A stretch of DNA of 42,146 bases from Dehalococcoidales bacterium. Its GTDB lineage: Bacteria; Chloroflexota; Dehalococcoidia; Dehalococcoidales; RBG-16-60-22. The position numbers were made by a program, and so were the translations under genes. This document shows positions 17,229-24,387 of the stretch, piece by piece. Under the pieces are notes generated by a model, which made no database searches, was not told the origin of the DNA, and saw nothing but the letters and a program-made list of their open reading frames with translations. The stretch is taken from the NCBI GenBank assembly GCA_034430755.1, contig DAOUDY010000003.1, positions 1 to 42,146 on the forward strand, given 5' to 3'. Every line of letters begins with the position of its first letter. Position 1 is the first letter of the stretch.

Positions 17229-20200
17229 ATGACCAGACATTGGGACAAAAAGGCAAAGAAAAAACTGTACCTCTTCATCGCACTGGGGCTCGCGCTGATT
17301 CTCAGCAGCGGGACCTTTGCCTATACCTATGTTACCTCCATCGGCACCATCGGTATTACGCCTCCCACCGCTGATGTCGCCACCTGCAACACGGCTGCCA
17401 GCCAGCCTGACTGGGCATCCATCCTGGTCCCTCCGGAAACCACCGGCACCGAGATATTAAACCCCAACGCCGCCGGTGACAAGACCGATATCCAGAGCCA
17501 GATTGGTTCTGGCGCCCACTGGCAACTGGTGGATGACTGGCCCACGGATGACGGCGACAGCACCATCGTTTACACGGGAAATACCAGCTGGGAAGAGGAC
17601 TTATACAACCTGCCCAGCCACACCGCGACCTCGGGCAACGTGACCTACGTCAAGGTTGACGTTGTCTGCCGTGCCGACGCCAGCCCCACGCAGACAAACG
17701 CCTACGTTCACATAAAGACGAACGGCACGGAGGCTAACGGCCCTGAAGTAACCACCGGCACAAGCTACAGCACCTTCTCCCGCCAGTGGGATACCAATCC
17801 AGTTACCGGAGATGCCTGGACGTGGGACGAGATGGACTCACTGCAAATCGGCGTCGGTTTGCGGCAGCCGACGGGCGGTGGTCTGTCAGGATGCACTCAG
17901 GTATACGCTGAAATTGGCTACGGTGAACTTGTCACCACCGGCGACGTGCCCACCGGCGACCTGTTTACCGTGCACCCCAACCCCGGCTACAACGGTGACC
18001 TGCAAATTGGCATCTATCTGACCAACACCGGCCCGCTGATCAAGGCATACCAGTACCTCAATATGCAGGTATACATGGAGGGCTCGGTATCATCAAACCA
18101 GACGCCCAACCACCGTCTCCTCACCCTCCAGAACGGGCAGACCACCCTGTCCCTGGAAAATTTGGCCGGCGTTTCCGATTCATTCTTTCAGACCAGCCGG
18201 TTGGACTTTGAGGGCGGCAACCTGACCAACCTGGACACGTCCACCAGCCCGGACAACGTCATTCTGGACACCTTCGCCGATAATGTGACCGATAATTTCA
18301 CCGATGAGAGCAAGATTGCCTATAAAAATAATGTGGTTGTTAGCAATAATCAGGTAAAACTGGTGGCTGGCGGCGCCGCCGCTACGGAAACCTTCCGGCC
18401 CAATGCCGCCGGCGATGACACCGATATCGCCTCGCAATATCCTGACTCGGGGGCACACTGGGACAAGGTGAATGATGTAACGCCTGATGATTACACGACC
18501 TATATCTATACCAGCAGTGCTTCCACACTAAACTGGTACAGCTCTGAATGGCAATACCGAAAGAAGATAACCATTAATTCGGCCAATGTCTCGGACAACC
18601 TCACTGATTTTCCGGTTTTAGTCTCGGTCACTGATACCGATTTAAAAGACCATGCTAAATCGGATGCTTCGGACATCGTCTTCACCGCGTCCGACGGTAC
18701 CACCAAATTGAAAAGAGAAATTGAAAGCTATGATAATTCTGACGGTACTTTGGTTGCCTGGGTGAAAACAGACCTGTCAAGCACCACTGATACCGAGGTT
18801 TATCTTTATTACGGATATGCCGGAGCTTCCGAGACCAGCGACACCGACACCTGGGATACCAATTTCATCATGATTCAACACATGACGGATGAGACTACCT
18901 CCAGCATTGAAGACAGCACAACTAATAATAACGATGGCACCAAGCAGGGCGCGGGAGAACCTGCCGTCACCGCCAGTGGCAAGATAGGTGATGCGCAGGA
19001 TTTTGACGGCAGCAATGATAAAATCACGGTGAATGATAGCACAAGCCTCAGCTTCACCAATGATGAAATGACCATCGAAGTCTGGGTGAAAGCTGACACC
19101 CTGCCCACGAACGAGACATCAATACTGAGAAAAGATAACCAGTGGCAGATGGCTTTCGTGGACTCGGATACAATTAGGAATCTGATTGCCACAAATGGCA
19201 TCACTGGCTGGACAGCCGCCAATGATGAAGATTACACCTTCTCCACTGATACCTGGTACTACTGGACTTTCGTCTACAACGGCCCGAATGTCCGCCACAT
19301 GATCGATGCCCAGCAGGTCGGCAGTTCCCACACCGTCACCGGCAACATCACCGATAATGCTAATGTCGCCGAGATAGGCCGCTGCAGTTATACGAATGAA
19401 TTCCTGGATGGAATCATCGATGAGTTACGCATCTCCAATGTGGCCAGAAGTGATGCCTGGATAGAGACCAGCTACAACAACCAGAGCGCCCCCGGTGATT
19501 TTTTCAACGTGGGGAGCGAGGAGTCTGCCGGCTATGAAAGGGACCTATATAACATCCCCGACCACAGCACCGGCTCCGGCGTCATTGACAGCGTTAACGC
19601 CTACTTCAGTATTGCCAGAGACTCAGTCATTGGCGATGCTGGCATCTGGCGGGATACCAACAACACCCACACCATCGGAGCCCTTAATGTCTGGACAGAC
19701 GTCCCGTTCAACAGCGAGAATAAAACCAGCGGCAGCTTTAACCATACCAGCGATACCCAGACTGACCTGACCGCCGATGGCTGGTATCTCATCATGTACG
19801 AAATAAGGTCAACCTCCACTTCCAACACCAGACACAGCATATGGGCGCGGGTTACCCTGGAAGGTTCGGCGGTGGAGGGCAGCGAGGGGTTCGGTTACGT
19901 CAGAGACAATGCCAATGATGAAGGGTATACGGCCGGCGCCTGCATCGTCAACGCCAGCGCCAACGATACCGTGGTGGTGCAGTGGCGGCCCTACGGTGTG
20001 AGTTCCTCTGATGTTCTGTCAAACTCCAAGGCTTCGCTCTTCATCCTGAGGCTTCCCGATGATACCGATGTCGCCTATCTGAAGTATGCCGATGACAGCG
20101 ATACCGGCGCCTACGGCGGCACGAGCTGGGCCGGAAACGAGGTTACCTGGGCAGACCAGGTATATGAAACGGACAACAGCGTCATTCAGAAGTCGGCGGC

Positions 20201-21992
20201 CAATGACTACACCTTCACCCTCAAAAAAGTCGCCCGGTATCTGGTCAAGTATGATATCACCTTCGCAAATAGCTCCTCCACCAGGACAGCCAGAATAGCC
20301 CGGGCTACCCTGGCCGGTTCCCCCATACCGCAAAGTTTTGCCTACTGCCATGTTCGAAACAACGTTACTACACCCGCCACATTACATGCGCTCTTTATTG
20401 TTGATAACCCATCACCGAATCAGGACCTCATCATTCAATCCCAGCGAGGCGACTCGCTGGTAGATTCAACGGTAGCCAGGACAGTCAGCGCTTCCAGCAT
20501 CGAGATTATGGAGCTGCCGTCAAGCGCCGAAGTAATCACCACTTATTATACTGATACCGGGGAAGAGATATCCGGTGGTGTAGTGCTGGACTGGGCCGCC
20601 GTGGAAGGAGTGCGTGATGCCAGCTCCTTCACCATTTCTGATAATGAGACCATAGAGGTGGAGCAGGATGATGATTACCTGTTTATGGCCAACGGGTTAA
20701 TCACCGATACTGTCCAGACTTCCGGCACCCGGTTCACCTTCGGGGCCGACTGGTACGTCGATGACAGCATCCAGTATGTGGGCGGTCACGGGAATTACAT
20801 GCGGCATGTCCAGGGCACTGTTGGAGTTTTCAACACCAGTATAAACGCACATAGTATTTTGAATGACCTGGATGCCAACCAGGAAGTGGAAATGCGTACT
20901 ATCAATGAAGGTGATACCGGTACCCCCAACTACGCCCAGCCCGACCAGTGCGGCTTCAGCGCGCTCAGGATAGGCAGCCTGTCAGCGACCAATGCTTACG
21001 CCCGGGCGGCCATCAAGCCCGGGGACACTGTTCATACCGGCACCGAAGAAAGCACCGCCGACGCCACCTTCACCACCAAGTCCTACCAGTGGACGACCAA
21101 CCCTGACACGGGCCAACCCTGGACCTGGGATGAAATAGACGCTTTGCAAGTCGGTGTGGAACTGAAGACAGACAGCACCGAGGACTCTTCCATCTGTACG
21201 CAGGTCTACCTTGAGGTTGATTACACCGCGTACAGTTCGCCGGGAACACTCACCTCGATAAATCTTCTCTCCGGGGAGACGGTGGCGAGTATAGACACGT
21301 TCAATTACGACGCCTCGGCGGTTCCCTCCGGCACGGGCCTGAAAGTGCAGTTCTCCACCGATAACAGCACCTGGTACAACTCGGCGGGCACGCCCGGCGG
21401 CTGGGATACCATGCCCCAGGGGACGGGTAATATCAGCCTTTCCGGGCTGGGCTGGTCGGGGCCCAATCTCTACTACAATACGGAATTCACCTCTGACGGC
21501 TCGGATACGCCGTTGCTCGACCTGATACGCGTCTATTTCTCCACCTACTACTCGACGGGCGATCTGACCTCAGCAACCTATGACACCGGCGATGACCAGG
21601 ACTGGGACTGGGAATATATCTATTTCACCATTGACGAGCCGGGGACCACTGATATCAGGTTCCAGATAAGGAGCGCCTCGACTGAAGCCGGGCTCAGCTC
21701 GGCGACCTGGTACGGCCCCACCGGCACGGGCGACTATTACACGGCCAGCGGCACAGAAATCAACTCCGTCCATGATGGCGACCGCTGGATTCAGTACCGG
21801 GCCGATTTCTCCGGCCCCGGCGATGCCACGCCAACCCTGAGCGATATCGAGTTGACCTACACCCTGGCCTCGGTGACTTACACCGTGGAAATAATCGGCG
21901 GTAGCTACGGGCTGGTCTCGTCCGACACGTCGGACTGGGCGTCGGGGTGGACGATTACCCCAGAGTTTTACTGCGAGGTAACCCAGCGGTAA
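17229..21992 (+). CDS. Giant secreted paralog P3 (1587 aa): subunit core carrying nested DUF2341-like, LamG and repeat-domain insertions
   Basis: The N-terminus is ...LALILSSGTFA|YTYVTSIGTIGIT. The DUF2341-like stretch is WQYRKKITINSANVSDNLTDFPVLVSV...YLYYG. LamG motifs are FDGSNDKITV...EVWVKAD...LDGIIDELRISNVARSDAWI. The C-terminus GWTITPEFYCEVTQR is shared with P4. Confidence 0.85.
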   Translation: MTRHWDKKAKKKLYLFIALGLALILSSGTFAYTYVTSIGTIGITPPTADVATCNTAASQPDWASILVPPETTGTEILNPNAAGDKTDIQSQIGSGAHWQLVDDWPTDDGDSTIVYTGNTSWEEDLYNLPSHTATSGNVTYVKVDVVCRADASPTQTNAYVHIKTNGTEANGPEVTTGTSYSTFSRQWDTNPVTGDAWTWDEMDSLQIGVGLRQPTGGGLSGCTQVYAEIGYGELVTTGDVPTGDLFTVHPNPGYNGDLQIGIYLTNTGPLIKAYQYLNMQVYMEGSVSSNQTPNHRLLTLQNGQTTLSLENLAGVSDSFFQTSRLDFEGGNLTNLDTSTSPDNVILDTFADNVTDNFTDESKIAYKNNVVVSNNQVKLVAGGAAATETFRPNAAGDDTDIASQYPDSGAHWDKVNDVTPDDYTTYIYTSSASTLNWYSSEWQYRKKITINSANVSDNLTDFPVLVSVTDTDLKDHAKSDASDIVFTASDGTTKLKREIESYDNSDGTLVAWVKTDLSSTTDTEVYLYYGYAGASETSDTDTWDTNFIMIQHMTDETTSSIEDSTTNNNDGTKQGAGEPAVTASGKIGDAQDFDGSNDKITVNDSTSLSFTNDEMTIEVWVKADTLPTNETSILRKDNQWQMAFVDSDTIRNLIATNGITGWTAANDEDYTFSTDTWYYWTFVYNGPNVRHMIDAQQVGSSHTVTGNITDNANVAEIGRCSYTNEFLDGIIDELRISNVARSDAWIETSYNNQSAPGDFFNVGSEESAGYERDLYNIPDHSTGSGVIDSVNAYFSIARDSVIGDAGIWRDTNNTHTIGALNVWTDVPFNSENKTSGSFNHTSDTQTDLTADGWYLIMYEIRSTSTSNTRHSIWARVTLEGSAVEGSEGFGYVRDNANDEGYTAGACIVNASANDTVVVQWRPYGVSSSDVLSNSKASLFILRLPDDTDVAYLKYADDSDTGAYGGTSWAGNEVTWADQVYETDNSVIQKSAANDYTFTLKKVARYLVKYDITFANSSSTRTARIARATLAGSPIPQSFAYCHVRNNVTTPATLHALFIVDNPSPNQDLIIQSQRGDSLVDSTVARTVSASSIEIMELPSSAEVITTYYTDTGEEISGGVVLDWAAVEGVRDASSFTISDNETIEVEQDDDYLFMANGLITDTVQTSGTRFTFGADWYVDDSIQYVGGHGNYMRHVQGTVGVFNTSINAHSILNDLDANQEVEMRTINEGDTGTPNYAQPDQCGFSALRIGSLSATNAYARAAIKPGDTVHTGTEESTADATFTTKSYQWTTNPDTGQPWTWDEIDALQVGVELKTDSTEDSSICTQVYLEVDYTAYSSPGTLTSINLLSGETVASIDTFNYDASAVPSGTGLKVQFSTDNSTWYNSAGTPGGWDTMPQGTGNISLSGLGWSGPNLYYNTEFTSDGSDTPLLDLIRVYFSTYYSTGDLTSATYDTGDDQDWDWEYIYFTIDEPGTTDIRFQIRSASTEAGLSSATWYGPTGTGDYYTASGTEINSVHDGDRWIQYRADFSGPGDATPTLSDIELTYTLASVTYTVEIIGGSYGLVSSDTSDWASGWTITPEFYCEVTQR

Positions 21993-22022
21993 GCCTCAAA
22001 TGCAGGCGCAGGTGATAGAGCG

Positions 22023-23042
22023 GTGAATAAAAACGTTATGCTCATTGTAGTATTGGCGGCACTGCTGGCCGTCAGCGGCGGTATATATGCCTACACGTAC
22101 ACCACCGGCCTGGGCGTCATCAGCATCACCGAGCCAACCGGTGACATCGCCACTGTAAATGCCTCAGGTAACCAGCCAGAATGGCTTGAAGTGCTGTCCA
22201 TCGCCCAGGATACAGAAACGCTGAGGCCAAATGCCGCCGGCACATACACACAATGTGACGCGGTTGGCGATACTGCCAACTACCTTTGTGTAGATGAGGC
22301 TGTCAGTGACGGTGACACCACATATGTCAGAACATGGGGCGGTGCTACCGAGCTGGATACCTATAATATCGAGGATCATACCACCGGGAGTGGAAACGTC
22401 ACCGATGTATATGCTTATACACATACGAGAGTTGATTCAGGCACCCACGACGCAGAAGTGGCCATCAGAACGAATAGCACGGACTATTTTGGGGGCTACA
22501 CTTCAGGGGTGCCAACAACCTATACATACTTATCAGCTAACTGGAACAACAATCCATTCACAAATAACCCTTGGACGTGGGCTGAGGTTGATGCGCTGGA
22601 AATCGGTGTCAGACACTATGACCTTAATGGCGGCTACTTATGGACCACACAGGTCTATGCCGATATTGATTATGACTACCTGCCCGTCACCGGAAATGCA
22701 CCCACGGGAGACCTTTTTGAAGTATATGAAAACCCTGACTACAGCGGCGACCTATCAGTAAGGGTCTACCTGACCAACACCGGCTCGCTGCAAAAAGCCT
22801 ATGAGAGCCTTGAACTGGAGCTGTATCTGGAGGACTCCGAGGAGGCGGGGCAATCACCGAATTACCAGGAGCTTACTTTAGAGAACGGGGTGGCCAGCTT
22901 CACCCTGAAAGACCCGGCCAGCGATAACCATACCCTGTCCGTAATCGGGGGCGACTACGCCCTGGTCTCGGACAATATGCCGGAATGGGAGGCGGGGTGG
23001 ACGATTACCCCAGAGTTCTACTGCGAGGCGACACAGCGGTAA
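22023..23042 (+). CDS. Secreted subunit paralog P4 (core plus one inserted module)
   Basis: GTG start. The N-terminus is MNKNVMLIVVLAALLAVSGGIYA|YTYTTGLGVISIT. It is collinear with P3 residues 1-310 and 1546-1587. The C-terminus is GWTITPEFYCEATQR. Confidence 0.8.
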   Translation: MNKNVMLIVVLAALLAVSGGIYAYTYTTGLGVISITEPTGDIATVNASGNQPEWLEVLSIAQDTETLRPNAAGTYTQCDAVGDTANYLCVDEAVSDGDTTYVRTWGGATELDTYNIEDHTTGSGNVTDVYAYTHTRVDSGTHDAEVAIRTNSTDYFGGYTSGVPTTYTYLSANWNNNPFTNNPWTWAEVDALEIGVRHYDLNGGYLWTTQVYADIDYDYLPVTGNAPTGDLFEVYENPDYSGDLSVRVYLTNTGSLQKAYESLELELYLEDSEEAGQSPNYQELTLENGVASFTLKDPASDNHTLSVIGGDYALVSDNMPEWEAGWTITPEFYCEATQR

Positions 23043-23051
23043 CATATCGGC

Positions 23052-23131
23052 GATTTTTACGAAAGCTTAACGGAACCTTTACGAAATCTTTATGTTTTTT
23101 ACGCCAATCTTTATGCCCCTGTGTTACAGTT
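23052..23131 (+). promoter_or_regulatory. Conserved cis-regulatory module, copy 2 (upstream of the signal peptidase gene)
   Basis: By my hand count it has ~61/75 identical positions to 14861-14935 without gaps. TTTACGAAA occurs at 23056 and 23078. Confidence 0.55.
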
Positions 23132-23163
23132 ATATTAGAATGATATAGGGCTAAAGCAACAAG

Positions 23164-24123
23164 ATGAAGGAATTTCTGAATATAATCCTGACCAGATCAT
23201 TCCGCTTCAAGCGCGCGCTCACGCTCATCGCGGTAGCGGCGATAATCCTCGCCGGCTTTATGACGGTACGGGGCACCATGCCGTTTATGCCCGTTTTCGG
23301 TACCAGCATGGAGCCGGAACTCCACGCCGGCAACCTCATCCTGATTACAGACAAGAGTCCGGATGGTGTTGAAGTCGGCGACATTATTGTCTATAACGTC
23401 CCGGCGGCAATCCAGGATTTTTATAACTACCCGGCGATAGTCGCGCACCGGGTAATTGAGGTACGCGATACTCAGTATGGCACTGCCTGGCGTACCAAGG
23501 GCGATAACGCCGGCGAAGACCCGTTCACGGTCCGCGCCAATGACCTGCGCGGCACGGTCAGCACCCAGATTCCCTTCCTGGGCTTCCCCTTCCTCTTCCT
23601 GCAGAGCAAGCAGGGCCTGATGTTCATTATCGTTGCCCTGTCGCTTTTCGCCATCTATCTCTACGCCAATGACATCAGCCGCGGCGGGCAGAAGATACAC
23701 CGTGGCATATTCGCGCCGGTTATCGAAGAGACATTACATGATACCGAAACACTGGCCCAGCGGATGGACGGCACCGAGAAAGTGATGGCCAAGACGCAGG
23801 AAGCGCTGAGCAGCTTCGCCACCGCCATGTCGGAATATGCCGAGCACCTGAGAAGCCATACCAGCGCCATTCAGGGGCTTGCCGAAGCGTCTCACGAACT
23901 CAAACGTGGTGCTGCCGAGCAGAACAAAGCCCTCGAGCACATCGTGGAGGCCCTGCAGCAGCGAAGGCCGCTCACCGAGGTGACCCCGCCTTCAGAGAAG
24001 CCGACGGCACCAACACCAACACCGGCACCGGCACCGGCACGGGAAAAAGGTAAATATCCTCCGGGCTGCGTGAGAAACAGACAGCTGGCTGGCGTGGGGC
24101 AAGACATTTACGGCGCTGCCTGA
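23164..24123 (+). CDS. ER/archaeal-type signal peptidase I (SipW/Sec11-like, S26B) with ~150-aa C-terminal extension
   Basis: 319 aa. N-terminal TM, GTSMEP (Ser48), AHRV (His95), TKGDNAGEDP (Asp114), and a second TM at 150-168. These are followed by a coiled-coil-like segment and a Pro-rich tail (PTAPTPTPAPAPA). Confidence 0.85.
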   Translation: MKEFLNIILTRSFRFKRALTLIAVAAIILAGFMTVRGTMPFMPVFGTSMEPELHAGNLILITDKSPDGVEVGDIIVYNVPAAIQDFYNYPAIVAHRVIEVRDTQYGTAWRTKGDNAGEDPFTVRANDLRGTVSTQIPFLGFPFLFLQSKQGLMFIIVALSLFAIYLYANDISRGGQKIHRGIFAPVIEETLHDTETLAQRMDGTEKVMAKTQEALSSFATAMSEYAEHLRSHTSAIQGLAEASHELKRGAAEQNKALEHIVEALQQRRPLTEVTPPSEKPTAPTPTPAPAPAREKGKYPPGCVRNRQLAGVGQDIYGAA

Positions 24124-24149
24124 AAACTGTCCGTTATCTGGATAACTGC

Positions 24150-24362
24150 CTAAGTATAGACCGCAACCACCACTGCTTCTTTCGGGTTATACTCATCAAA
24201 GAAAATGACCGCCACCTTCCTTCCGGCGGTCATTTCATCTGTCGGGAGGTTGCGGGCCACGGCCACGCCCTCCAGGTAGACTTTGTAGCTGCCCGCCAGT
24301 TGTACGGTTGCCGTGTAGTTGCCGGAATTGAAACCCTTCAAGACACCTTTTTTCAAGCTCAA
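24150..24362 (-). CDS. Hypothetical small protein (last gene of the phage-like block)
   Basis: 70-aa ORF, beta-rich by composition. It follows the 668-aa gene after a 25-nt gap. Confidence 0.45.
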   Translation of the reverse strand: MSLKKGVLKGFNSGNYTATVQLAGSYKVYLEGVAVARNLPTDEMTAGRKVAVIFFDEYNPKEAVVVAVYT

Positions 24363-24387
24363 TTTGACTGCCCTTCTTCGCGCTTAA

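Noticed and set aside
24133-24146. Inverted repeat GTTATC-tg-GATAAC between the convergent stops of the signal peptidase gene and the 70-aa gene, considered as a bidirectional terminator.
   Set aside because: A 6-bp AT-rich stem with a 2-nt loop is not a stable hairpin, and there is no U-tract. It could be a protein-binding palindrome, but there is no supporting evidence.
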